From contig OZ244999.1 in the NCBI GenBank assembly GCA_965223265.1, positions 2,048,001-2,112,000 on the forward strand: a DNA stretch of 64,000 nucleotides, given 5' to 3'. Position 1 is the first letter of the stretch. Each line of letters begins with the position of its first letter. The position numbers were made by a program, and so were the translations under genes. Source of the stretch: Planctomycetota bacterium (GTDB lineage Bacteria > Planctomycetota > UBA8108 > SXIK01). The notes beneath the pieces are model-generated. The model searched no databases. It was not told the DNA's origin and was given only the letters and a program-made list of their open reading frames with translations. Of this stretch, positions 28,548 through 38,500 are shown piece by piece.

Positions 28548-30992
28548 CTACTGGCAGGGCGCGAACGCGCGACAGGTGAGGTCGTCGGCCGTCGGGTCAG
28601 TGCCGCACGTATCGGTCGGTTCGTTGAGGAGGTCGCCGGCGGCGAAAAGGCGGTTGAGGAGGAAGATGGGGTCGGCGACGTCGAGTCCGCCGTCGTCATT
28701 CGCGTCGGCGGTCTTCTCGCACGTCGGTTGCTCCTTGCCTGCAAAGAGCGCGTTGAGGATGAACACGGCGTCGGCGAGGTCGAGGACGTCGTCGGCGTTG
28801 GCGTCACCGCGGCGGTACGGCGAGCTGGCCTGGTTGCGACCGAAGATCACCGTGAGCGTCTCGGATGAGCGATTCGACGTCAGGACATCTTGGTTGCCGT
28901 CGCCGTTCAGATCTCGCACCTCCACCGTGCGTGCGTCGCCGGTGCGAAGGATGTCGATGACCTCGTACGAGCTGCCATCAACGCGGCTGACGACCGAGAT
29001 GTTCCGGTCGTCCGAGCTTGCCGCGAAAACTTCCACCGCGCCGTCGCCTGTGACGTCGCGTGCGCTGAGGGACGAAACGAGTGGGAAAAGATTGACCGGG
29101 ACTGGGTCGCCAAAGTTGCCATCGCCAAGACTCGCAAAGAGCTGCAGACCTCGGTCGTCGGCAAAGATCAGATCGCCACTGCTCACACCATCGAGAGAGC
29201 CGACAGTGACCGCGAGCAGCCCGGGGACTTGGTCGACGGTCTTTTGCGTCGGGAAGCCGCCTTGTCCGTCACCGAAGAACGCGGTGAAGCCGCCGTCGCC
29301 GGCGACGATGATGTCAACGGCACCGTCGCCACTAACGTCTGCCGCCACGAGATCGTTTGGCCCCGCCAGTGTCAGCGTCAGCGTGCCGCCGCTCGCGAGT
29401 GCACCGTCGCCACCACCGCGAAGAAGCGTGATGTCGTTCGAGCCAGAGTTGAGCACGGCGCCATCGAGTCCCGCGGCGTCAAATGTAGCGAGAACGATCT
29501 GGTTTGGCAAAACGCCGACATTGACGGTGCCGCCCGGCGCCGGAAGCGCGCCGTCGCGGCCGTGGAACACACGCGCCTGCCCAGCGGTGAAGTCGACGGC
29601 GACGATGTCGCCGAACGGATCGCCGTTCAAGTCGCCAATGGCGACGTCTTCGAAGAAGGCACCGCCGGCGCTGATCGTTTCCGACTCGGAGTAGCCGCTG
29701 GAACCGGAGAACACTGTGAGGCCGCCGGTCAGCGACGCGACTGCCTCGTCCTGGCCGTCGCCGTCGAGGTCGCCTGCCGCGGCGCTCGTCGGGCGGTCAG
29801 CGAGCGGTAGAGCCAGACCGCTGCGAAAGGTCCCATCACCGCGGCTGCGAAAAACTGTCACCAGCGTGTCGTCGGTTGTACCGACCACGAGGTCGCCGCC
29901 GTCACCATCGCCCTCGAAGTCGGCGATTTCGGCGGTGAGCGTCCCGCGCTGAAAGAACTGCAGAAGCAAATCGTCGAAGCTGCCGTCACCAACGCCGCGG
30001 AAGACATCGACGCGGTTGCTGCTGACCTCGTTGTCGTTGACGATCACCGCGATGTCGAGGTTCGAGTCGCCGCTCAGCTCGCCGGCGATGATGAAGAGAA
30101 CGGGGTCCTCGAGCTGCAGCGTCTTCGTTGTTGGAAAGTTGCCTTCCCCATCGCCGAGGAGAACGTCGACTCTGCCCGAATTCTGACTGGCAAGAGCAAC
30201 GTCGGTGATCGTGTCTCCATCGAAATCACCCGTGGTCAGCCAGCGCGGGACCAACCCTGCCGGGATGCTCGTGCTGACGAAGGAACCGTCGGCCGCTCCC
30301 GTGAGCAGATTCATGCGCTGCTCGTCGCCGATCGCGACCACCAGGTCGCCGCGACCGTCGCGGTTGAAGTCGCCGGCAACGATGGAGTGCGGACTGGACC
30401 CGACGTTGATGTCTTCCTTCTCGGCGAAGGTTCGCGGCCCGGTGGCACGAAGGATCGAGATACTGGAGCTACCCGTATTCACCGCCGCGATATCGAGCCG
30501 TGTGTCGCCGCTGAGTTCTGCGATCACCGCCTGGCGCGGACTGAAGCCGACTCCGTGCGGCTGCGGGGCATCGAACGTTCCGTCGCCACGACCATATAGA
30601 ACGATGACAGACTCGGCTGACGAATCCGTGACCACAAGGTCCATGTTCTGGTCGCCGTCGACGTCGCCGGCGGCGAGATCGATCAGAGTGCCGTTCAGAA
30701 AGAGCGGCTCACCCGCCGACGTGAGGAATCCCTCGTTGTTGGTGAAGACGCTGAGATCCCCCGATCCACCCGCCGCCAGATCGACCAAGCCATCGCCGTT
30801 GAGGTCGGGCGCGGCGAGGGACAGGGCCGGTGGCAGGAATAGGGTTTCTTCGGAGTCGAAGAGGCCGCTTGTTTGAGCGACCAGGCTGACGGGGAGGGCC
30901 ACCATGAACACGATCAAGACACGAGGTCCGAACGTGCTGACGAGGTCGCGGTAGGCGGGGGATTTGCGGTGAAGGGACATGACGGGCGGCAC
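28548..30992 (-). CDS. Secreted FG-GAP/VCBS repeat protein with dockerin-like tail
   Basis: Many (G)DxNGDGxxD repeats; tail YRRGDANADD...DANDDG...CGTDPTADDLTC. Confidence 0.88.
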   Translation of the reverse strand: MPPVMSLHRKSPAYRDLVSTFGPRVLIVFMVALPVSLVAQTSGLFDSEETLFLPPALSLAAPDLNGDGLVDLAAGGSGDLSVFTNNEGFLTSAGEPLFLNGTLIDLAAGDVDGDQNMDLVVTDSSAESVIVLYGRGDGTFDAPQPHGVGFSPRQAVIAELSGDTRLDIAAVNTGSSSISILRATGPRTFAEKEDINVGSSPHSIVAGDFNRDGRGDLVVAIGDEQRMNLLTGAADGSFVSTSIPAGLVPRWLTTGDFDGDTITDVALASQNSGRVDVLLGDGEGNFPTTKTLQLEDPVLFIIAGELSGDSNLDIAVIVNDNEVSSNRVDVFRGVGDGSFDDLLLQFFQRGTLTAEIADFEGDGDGGDLVVGTTDDTLVTVFRSRGDGTFRSGLALPLADRPTSAAAGDLDGDGQDEAVASLTGGLTVFSGSSGYSESETISAGGAFFEDVAIGDLNGDPFGDIVAVDFTAGQARVFHGRDGALPAPGGTVNVGVLPNQIVLATFDAAGLDGAVLNSGSNDITLLRGGGDGALASGGTLTLTLAGPNDLVAADVSGDGAVDIIVAGDGGFTAFFGDGQGGFPTQKTVDQVPGLLAVTVGSLDGVSSGDLIFADDRGLQLFASLGDGNFGDPVPVNLFPLVSSLSARDVTGDGAVEVFAASSDDRNISVVSRVDGSSYEVIDILRTGDARTVEVRDLNGDGNQDVLTSNRSSETLTVIFGRNQASSPYRRGDANADDVLDLADAVFILNALFAGKEQPTCEKTADANDDGGLDVADPIFLLNRLFAAGDLLNEPTDTCGTDPTADDLTCRAFAPCQ

Positions 30993-31495
30993 TCTTTTTC
31001 GTGTTTTTCTCGCTTCTCTCGCCCCACCGACGGCTGGACGAGAGCGGACTTCGTTTCGTTAGTGGTGGGAGGGGAATCCCTTCGTTTTCAGCACGAAAAC
31101 AGCGCTGAGTCAAAGAGAATCGAACGAGAAATCGACGCCAAGCGAACGGCCCTAAAGTCGGGCAAACTTCGAATCGCTCCGAAAAGTTCGTTGGGAGTGC
31201 CGAGCTCATCTTGTAAGATCAGCAACATTAGAATTCGAGAGGGAAGCGGTCCGGGAATAGAGCATTTGCTAGTCGACCGGAGTCGCTTCAGGGAGAGACG
31301 GACCTCTCGCCCGTGGCCCCAAGCACGTCAGCGAGCGGAATGTCGATCGAAGGGTTTTTTCGCGGGAGATGACAACGTCTACCGGGCTGGTGCGCGGCCG
31401 CTTGGTTGTTTTTCATAGCGTTCGCGTAGCAGCGAGTTGTTTCGGTAGCGGTGCCATCGCTTCGCAAAATGGTGTTTTCCCTTAAGGAGGGGCCC

Positions 31496-33769
31496 ATGCG
31501 GTATGTGTGTTCTTTCGCCTTGGGTGCAGTTTTGTTGGTCGGACTCCAGGCGCAGCTGTTTGCGCAAGGACCGGCGATGTTCGACAAGTATTGCGGTCAT
31601 CTGTCGATTCCGTACGCCATGAACGATTCCGGCGCAGATGATCCGGCTCAAATCGCGCTCAACCCGAATCCCGAGCTCGATTGTACGAACGGTGTCGACG
31701 ACGATGGCGATGGCCCCGTCGACTTCGACGACACGGACTGCCAAGGTGACCTGCAGGTCCAAAACGTGAAGACGAAGCTCAACTGGCGCGTCATCACGTC
31801 CATTAGCGGTACAGACGCTCGTTTCAACGGTCGCGACCGTAGCGGCGACTCCGCATCCGAGCTGGTGCTGAACACGACCGGCCCGGGTGGAGTGAAGCAA
31901 ACCTACCTGCACGGTGAAGACAGCTACACCGCAGTGGGTGTCCGCAGCGTCTATCTGCCCGGTCTTGCGGGCAACGGCAGCAGCCCCGCAGCTGTGCGCA
32001 TTCAAGGCGATGGCCAGAGTTACTACGCCGCGGTCAACGCTGGTAACGCGGGTGTCTCGATCGAGCTGATGGCCGCCGATGGCACGTCGAGCACACTTGC
32101 GAACGCCGTCAACTGGGCCTCGGGGGAAGCCATCTCGATCGAAGAGTACGACTTCGCAGCGCCCACGTGCTACATCGTCGACCTGAGTGCCAACGGCGCG
32201 AATCTGTCGCTGACCGTGACCGAGTCGACCTGTGACCCGTACTTCCCGGCGCCGACGAATGACCGCACGGTCACCATCGAAGCGAGCGACACGACGCTGG
32301 GCTCCGGCGCCGTTGGTGCTTTGGCGAACGGCGATCTCGGTGGCGACACCACCGACGACGTTGCTTCTGCCGACGGTGGCGACTCCTCGATCCTGGACGC
32401 TTTCGTCTACGATCCGGGCAGCCTGCCGCCCGACGGCGCGCCGAAGGTGCTTTGGATGCGCAGTGGTAGCGGTGGTCGCGCGGCACACGTCTACACCGAC
32501 CCCATCAGCTCGAATGACGGCAACCCGTTCAAGCGTATCGTGCAGACGCACGCCGACGACGCCACGGGTTCGTACCTGCAGCTCCTCGGTTTCGACGTTG
32601 ACACCGTCACGATCAACGCTCTCTCCAGCGGCATCATGACGACCGAGGATATCAACGAGAATTATGACCTCGTGGTCATCCCCGGAAGTGGTGGTTCATC
32701 CGCTACGAGGACATTTGCGGTCGATATCCACATCCCGTTCATGGTCGCCGAGCACATCGCCGGCCGCGCTGAGTGGGCGGGTCTCTACGACAACAACAGT
32801 GGTAACGAGCGTCAGTTCACCTGTGCGGAAGGCTCCTCGCCGGTGAACGGTCGTCCGACCCACCTGCATATCTTCACCGAAGAAGAAGGTGGCTCGCCGG
32901 ATCACCCCATCGTCGCTGGCATTCCCCTCGACGGTCAGAACAACGTCGAAATCGCCAACGCCAGTTACTTCGACCTCAACCTCGCGGCGCCGCTTCTCGG
33001 CAACGTGACGGGTATGAACGGTGCGGAGTTCTTGACGGTCGAAGAGGTCCTGACGGCGAAGGACGAAGGCCTTGGCTCGCAGACGCAGATGGCCGGTTGG
33101 CCTCTCGCTGAGGGTGGCTTCCAGCTCGCCGGTATGGCGAACCCCTGCGACGGCACGCCGATCCACCAGGTCGACCCGGACACGGGTGAGCTGATTTCGG
33201 CCCAGGCCGGCATCGCGCTGGCGGCCTTTGAGACCGGCACGCAGACGCTGGATCACGGTCCTTGTATCGACGCATGCGCCGGCGACCCCGACTGTATCGC
33301 TCTTTGCGACAAGGGTACGACGCAGGCACGCAAGGTGTTCTACTGGTTCGACGATACGTCGTGGCCATATTCGTCGCAGGCGGCGATCGACATTTTCCGC
33401 CGCGCGGCCATGTGGAGCCTTGGCATGCTCGATAGCCCGAACCGCAGCTCGCTGCCGTTCGGTCGTGGCGATGCGAACGACGACGGCGCAACCGACATTT
33501 CGGACGCCCTCTTCTCGCTCAACCACCTCTTCGTGGCCAACAGTGACGCTCCGCCATGTCTCGACGCGGCGGATGCCAACGACGACGAAGCGCTCGACAT
33601 CGCCGACGCGGTGTTCACGCTCAACTTCCTGTTCGTCGAAGGCAGTACGCCGATCTCCGGCTTCCGGAGCTGCTTCTCGTCTTGCATGCTCGACTTCACT
33701 CCGTCCGCGGAGGCAGAGGCGGGTGGTGCAACCGTACTGTCTTGTGCTGCCTACAGCAGCTGTCGTTGA
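31496..33769 (+). CDS. Secreted protein of unknown function with Cys/Asp metal-binding motif and dockerin-like tail
   Basis: AAGGAGG RBS; signal peptide; CTNGVDDDGDGPVDFDDTDC motif; tail FGRGDANDDG...DANDDE. Confidence 0.8.
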   Translation: MRYVCSFALGAVLLVGLQAQLFAQGPAMFDKYCGHLSIPYAMNDSGADDPAQIALNPNPELDCTNGVDDDGDGPVDFDDTDCQGDLQVQNVKTKLNWRVITSISGTDARFNGRDRSGDSASELVLNTTGPGGVKQTYLHGEDSYTAVGVRSVYLPGLAGNGSSPAAVRIQGDGQSYYAAVNAGNAGVSIELMAADGTSSTLANAVNWASGEAISIEEYDFAAPTCYIVDLSANGANLSLTVTESTCDPYFPAPTNDRTVTIEASDTTLGSGAVGALANGDLGGDTTDDVASADGGDSSILDAFVYDPGSLPPDGAPKVLWMRSGSGGRAAHVYTDPISSNDGNPFKRIVQTHADDATGSYLQLLGFDVDTVTINALSSGIMTTEDINENYDLVVIPGSGGSSATRTFAVDIHIPFMVAEHIAGRAEWAGLYDNNSGNERQFTCAEGSSPVNGRPTHLHIFTEEEGGSPDHPIVAGIPLDGQNNVEIANASYFDLNLAAPLLGNVTGMNGAEFLTVEEVLTAKDEGLGSQTQMAGWPLAEGGFQLAGMANPCDGTPIHQVDPDTGELISAQAGIALAAFETGTQTLDHGPCIDACAGDPDCIALCDKGTTQARKVFYWFDDTSWPYSSQAAIDIFRRAAMWSLGMLDSPNRSSLPFGRGDANDDGATDISDALFSLNHLFVANSDAPPCLDAADANDDEALDIADAVFTLNFLFVEGSTPISGFRSCFSSCMLDFTPSAEAEAGGATVLSCAAYSSCR

Positions 33770-33798
33770 GCTGATCGTTTGACGACTGAGTAGACGTT

Positions 33799-33865
33799 CA
33801 CCCGGTGGGGAGTTCGACTTCGCGGTTGCGCGAAGTTCGAGCACTCCACCGGGTGTTCGTTTTTT
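33799..33865 (+). terminator. Rho-independent terminator
   Basis: Long hairpin CACCCGGTGG...CCACCGGGTG followed by a T run. Confidence 0.75.
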
Positions 33866-34022
33866 CGGGGCACGTTCTTTCTTTCAACGGCGCGCACGAA
33901 GAGGGGCGGCTCGTGTGGCTGACCGCTCGCACCTGCCGGAGGCGACGGGCGCGCGCGTCAACGCATGTGTGCTATGATGGGAGTCAACAACGGCTCTTTC
34001 CGACGTTTGACGAGGGAATCGC

Positions 34023-34862
34023 ATGAGAGGATGGAAACAGCTGCGCCAGAGCGCGCGCATTAGCGGACTTGGTCTCGGCTTGTTGATTTTTGCCGTCGGC
34101 GTCGCGGGTGGCTATCTCGTTCGCGGTGGCAGCCCGGCGTCTGCGGCGCCCACCGTGGAGGAGTGGAACGCCGCCAATTTCCAGGGCGATGTCAACGGCG
34201 ATGGCGAGCTCAACATCAGTGATGCGATCTTCCTGTTGAATTTTCTTCTCCGCGACGGCGATGCTTTGCCGCGCCTGCGCACGTCCGGTACGGCGCTCCC
34301 GACCACTGGGCAGAGATTCTGTTGGTCGGGTGTGCGAGGTGAGCTGCAGTCGCCCTGTCCGGGCCCCGACGAAGACGACTACGGCCAGGATGCCAGCTTC
34401 GACGCGGGCTACCCTCACGACTTCGAGCTCGTCATGGCCGACCCGGAGGACAGCTCGACGTGGATCACAGTCGACCACGCCATGGGCCTCATGTGGATGT
34501 ACAGGCCTCGACCCCGGCGGGAGAGCTGGCGCAGCGCCCTCAAGTCGATCCAAGGCGATGAGGTCGGCGGGTTTGACGATTGGCGCATGCCGAATTTGTT
34601 CGAGATGATGTCGATCATCAACGCCGGAGCCGTCACCGTCGAGGACGGTTCTCAACCGGAGCCCTTGGGGAGAACCGTTTACGCAGATTACTTTTTCATT
34701 CAGTCGAACAATGAGTTTTGGACTTCGACGTCATGTGTCGACGACGCCAGCCGGGCCTTCTCCGTCGAGTTTTCCCGTGGCCTGACGAAATGCCCGGACA
34801 AGGGCGAGCAAGGCCAGATCGCGATTAAGCTGCTCACGCTCGGCGTCAGGTCGATCGACTAG
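34023..34862 (+). CDS. DUF1566 (Lcl C-terminal-like) protein with a single dockerin-like loop
   Basis: GDVNGDGELNISDAIFLL; LPTTGQ..YGQD; DHAMGLMW; GGFDDWRMPN..E; FWTST. Confidence 0.8.
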   Translation: MRGWKQLRQSARISGLGLGLLIFAVGVAGGYLVRGGSPASAAPTVEEWNAANFQGDVNGDGELNISDAIFLLNFLLRDGDALPRLRTSGTALPTTGQRFCWSGVRGELQSPCPGPDEDDYGQDASFDAGYPHDFELVMADPEDSSTWITVDHAMGLMWMYRPRPRRESWRSALKSIQGDEVGGFDDWRMPNLFEMMSIINAGAVTVEDGSQPEPLGRTVYADYFFIQSNNEFWTSTSCVDDASRAFSVEFSRGLTKCPDKGEQGQIAIKLLTLGVRSID

Positions 34863-35007
34863 ACGCGTCGTCGCCTATTGAGCGATTGCAGGCGAGCCAC
34901 AGCCGTAGTTGTCGCCCGCGGCTTTTCGGAAAAGAGTTTCGTTCGACCGCACCGCGCCTCAGAATAGTTGAGAGGTCGAGGAGGTGCGTCGTTGAAGGTG
35001 TCATCCA

Positions 35008-38000
35008 ATGCTAGTGAAAGCCCGTCCCTTCGTTTGCGCCGCCTTTCTACTCTGGGCGAGCACGCCGCTCACGGCCCAGTCCTCACTGGAGCGCGTCGAG
35101 ACGCAGGCTGAGTTTGAGGCGATTTCGATCCCCGACTCCGACCCGCAGATCGACCGGGTGACGAAGTTTCTCGCCCCGATCGACCCAGCCGATCCGTCAC
35201 TGCTTGGGCTTGTTTTCCAGAACGTCTCGGTTTTCCCTTTCCATGTCGACTATCTGCGCAGCCTGCCGCAATTCGCAGGCCTGAGCGACACGGAGTACCG
35301 CAGCCTGGTGGAGACGCGTGCGACGCGGAAGTATTACGCTGGGCTTCTCTCGCTTCTCTTGCCTCCTGGGCAAGAGCCGGTGTTCGGCTTCGACGTCATC
35401 ACGGCCAACGCCGAGGACTTTCCTGACGAGCTTCTGACGCAGGCCGAAGTCAAGGGGATCTACGAGCAACTGAAGTCGTCGTTCCTGCTCACGCCGCTCG
35501 CCTATGCGCCGCAGACGCGCGAGGCGATCGAGGCGGCGGCGGAGTGGGAGCCTGACCCCGACCTTCCGGTGTTCCTCGGCACTTCCGACACGCCTTACAT
35601 TCCGTACACTCAAGCGGTCGGCTTCGGATTCGTACGCGTTTGGGACGCGGATGAGTTCGAAAGTGCGGCGAGCCGCGGCCTCATCACGTTTCGCGACGTT
35701 CTCATCCTCGAGCGCGCGCCGCGCGATATTGAAGGCGTATTCGCGGCAGTCATCACCGACGAGAAGCAGGGAGAGCTGAGTCACGTCGCCATCCGTACGG
35801 CGCGCCGAGGCACGCCGAACGCGTTTGTGCGCGGCGCCACCGGCATCTTTCAGGAGTTCGAGGATCAGCTGATCCGCATCGAAGTCGGCCCGGCCGATTT
35901 CGAATTTCGGCCGGCCGAGCTACCCGAAGCCGAGGAGTTTTGGGATGCGAACAGGCCGAGTCTTTCAGTGCTGCCGACGATCGATGCCGACTACGCCGGG
36001 CTCGACGCGCTCTCGGAGATGGACCTCAGCTCCGAAGTGAATCCGGTGTCGCGTTTCGGCGGCAAAGCAACCAACTTGGCCCGCCTGCGTCTGTACGTTG
36101 ATGAACCGTATAAGGAGGAAGGTTTCGCGATCCCGGCACGCTATTACTTGCAGTTCGTGCGCGAGAACACGATGCCGTCGGCCATCGACCCGGGACGCAT
36201 GGTCACCTACGAAGAGCATCTGAACGAGCTGTTCACGCTACCGCAGTTTCAGAACGACGCTGAGTTTCGCTTCGATGCGCTCGATGACGTGCGCGACCAC
36301 ATGCGCGATTTCGGCCGCGTCGACCCGCAGCTCGTCCAGCGTCTCGTCGAGCGCATCGGTGAGGTGTTTCCGTCGACGACGACGATGGTGCGCTTTCGCT
36401 CGTCGTCGAACGTCGAGGACGACCTCGAGTTCAACGGTGCAGGTCTTTACAACTCGACTTCGGTGTGCGCGGCGGACCAAGTCGATGGCAATGACTCCGG
36501 TCCGTCGCTCTGCGATCCGCTCAGGGACGACGAGCGGACGATTGAGCGCGGCCTGAAGCGCGTCTGGCGCAGCCTGTGGAATTTTCGCGCCTACGAAGAG
36601 CGGGAGTTTTTTCAGGTGCCGCAAGATCTCTCGGCGATGGCGATTCTCGTCTCGCGCGCTTTTCTCGACGAGCGTGCCAACGCGGTGGCCTTCACCGGCA
36701 ATCCGTCGAGGCCGTTCGACCCGCGTTATTTGGTGGTCGCCCAGGCGGGTGACGAGGCCAGCGTCGTTAGCCCGGAGCCGGGCGTCATCAGCGAGACCAG
36801 CCTTCTCGAGCTTTCGAGCGAGGGTGAGGTGGTGCGTATCGTGCGCGGCCAGGCGTCGTCGCTCGTGCCCGAGGGCGAATTCGTCATGAGCGACGAGAAG
36901 CTGCGCGAGCTCGGTGCGATTCTCTGGGATCTCGATCAGAACTTTCCGCTCGAGCTCGGCGAGCACAGCCGCGACGAAGTGCTCCTCGACACCGAGGTGA
37001 AGGTGGAAGCTGACGGTAGCCTAGCGATCAAGCAGATCCGGCCCTTCCTGTTGACGATCAGTGGCCCGCGTCCGCCGACGTTCGTGCTCGACGTGCCGGA
37101 CGGCACGGAGACCTGTGGCGTCTGGCGTGAGGGACGCTCGGCGCTCAAGGCTCACCAGCTGGAAAGCCGCATCCAACTGCGCAGCGGGCGCTTCGACTTG
37201 CCGGCGGCGCTTGAGAACTTTGCGATCGATCTGGTGGAGAGCGTTGAGGTCGGACCTGACCGCGTTCCCGGCGTGCCGGTCGGCGAGGGCGTCATGAACG
37301 TCCAAGTGCGCGCCGGAGCTCAGCCAGGTGTGGTGGTGTACACGTTTGCGTTCGAGCAGCGCTTCGATGTCGGCGGACAGGAACTCGTTGTCGAGCTCGC
37401 CCGAACGCTCGAGGCCAAGGACGGCGTTCCGGCTGAACCCGAGTGGCAGCTCGACGAAGAAACGATCATGCTGCGCCTCGAGCTCGAAGGATTCCTTGCG
37501 CGCGAAGGCGACAGCGACACGATTCGCTATCGCTCGTGCACGCACGAGCTGCTGCCGATCAACCGCATCTTCGTTGACCTCGATGGCGGGCATTCGCTCG
37601 AGATCGAAGAGCGCTACGAGCTCGTCAATCTCGGCAACTCGCCGGCCGACTTCGTGCGTGCTGAGGTCAATCTCGGCGGCGAGACGCGCGTCGTCGAAGA
37701 CTACACCCAGCTCGTCTACGCAGCGCAGCGTCACAACGAGCGCGTCGTCGCCTGGATCGTTTTGGACCCGCCGGTGACAGTGGGGGCCGACACCGTGGGG
37801 GCGATCGAGCTCGAGCTGGAGGATTTCAAAAACGCTTCACCGCTCTACCCGCCGGCGGCGCGATTCCTCGCGCCGGACTTCACGGTCCTGCGCAGCGTCG
37901 AGATCGTGCGCTACTGCCGCCAGGAACCGGGAAAACCGTGCGCCAGCGATTTCCGCCGCGGTGACGCCAACACGGATGGCCGCGTCAACTTGTCGGACGC

Positions 38001-38220
38001 TGTCGCCGTTCTCAACTGGCTTTTCCGCTCCGCGCCGGAGCTCGCTTGCCCCGACGCCGGTGACTTCGACGACCGCGACGACATCGAACCGGCCGACGCC
38101 ATCCTGATCCTCAACTTCCTCTTCCAGAGCGTCGACTTGAGCACTCCGCCCGGCCCGTTCGACTGCGGCCCCGACCCAACGCCGGACGGCCTCGCGACGT
38201 GCAGTTACCCGGAGTGCTGA
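35008..38220 (+). CDS. Secreted PEP-synthase/dikinase-family protein (His-swivel + ATP-grasp) with dockerin-like tail
   Basis: Signal peptide; LSHVAIRTAR; FGGKATNLA; FRSSSNVED..GAGLY.S; KQIRP; tail FRRGDANTDG...CGPDPTPDGL. Confidence 0.8.
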   Translation: MLVKARPFVCAAFLLWASTPLTAQSSLERVETQAEFEAISIPDSDPQIDRVTKFLAPIDPADPSLLGLVFQNVSVFPFHVDYLRSLPQFAGLSDTEYRSLVETRATRKYYAGLLSLLLPPGQEPVFGFDVITANAEDFPDELLTQAEVKGIYEQLKSSFLLTPLAYAPQTREAIEAAAEWEPDPDLPVFLGTSDTPYIPYTQAVGFGFVRVWDADEFESAASRGLITFRDVLILERAPRDIEGVFAAVITDEKQGELSHVAIRTARRGTPNAFVRGATGIFQEFEDQLIRIEVGPADFEFRPAELPEAEEFWDANRPSLSVLPTIDADYAGLDALSEMDLSSEVNPVSRFGGKATNLARLRLYVDEPYKEEGFAIPARYYLQFVRENTMPSAIDPGRMVTYEEHLNELFTLPQFQNDAEFRFDALDDVRDHMRDFGRVDPQLVQRLVERIGEVFPSTTTMVRFRSSSNVEDDLEFNGAGLYNSTSVCAADQVDGNDSGPSLCDPLRDDERTIERGLKRVWRSLWNFRAYEEREFFQVPQDLSAMAILVSRAFLDERANAVAFTGNPSRPFDPRYLVVAQAGDEASVVSPEPGVISETSLLELSSEGEVVRIVRGQASSLVPEGEFVMSDEKLRELGAILWDLDQNFPLELGEHSRDEVLLDTEVKVEADGSLAIKQIRPFLLTISGPRPPTFVLDVPDGTETCGVWREGRSALKAHQLESRIQLRSGRFDLPAALENFAIDLVESVEVGPDRVPGVPVGEGVMNVQVRAGAQPGVVVYTFAFEQRFDVGGQELVVELARTLEAKDGVPAEPEWQLDEETIMLRLELEGFLAREGDSDTIRYRSCTHELLPINRIFVDLDGGHSLEIEERYELVNLGNSPADFVRAEVNLGGETRVVEDYTQLVYAAQRHNERVVAWIVLDPPVTVGADTVGAIELELEDFKNASPLYPPAARFLAPDFTVLRSVEIVRYCRQEPGKPCASDFRRGDANTDGRVNLSDAVAVLNWLFRSAPELACPDAGDFDDRDDIEPADAILILNFLFQSVDLSTPPGPFDCGPDPTPDGLATCSYPEC

Positions 38221-38500
38221 CGGCGCGTCCAGAGCAGATTTCGTCGGAGTGTGGCATCTGCCCGTTCGACGTGAGGCACGAGGAAAAACTCGCAGCCTCA
38301 CCGTCTGCAAGTCTCTCGCACTCGGGAACTCTCTCGTTCTCAGAATGGGCGGAGGCTCGAAAGCTCACTGAGAACGAGAATCTCTTCAACAACCTGACGA
38401 CTTCACATTTTCAGGTACCCGTCGCGTTGTAGAAAACCTGTGCTACGATCGATGGTCGGCCATCAAAACACGTACCAAGTCTTTGCGTGAGGGGGAGTCT

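Noticed and set aside
28300-29810. Long antisense ORFs (e.g. 28300-29694; also 16331-17653, 31379-32551, 32696-33844, 42255-43589)
   Set aside because: They are shadow ORFs opposite well-supported genes, as expected in high-GC DNA.
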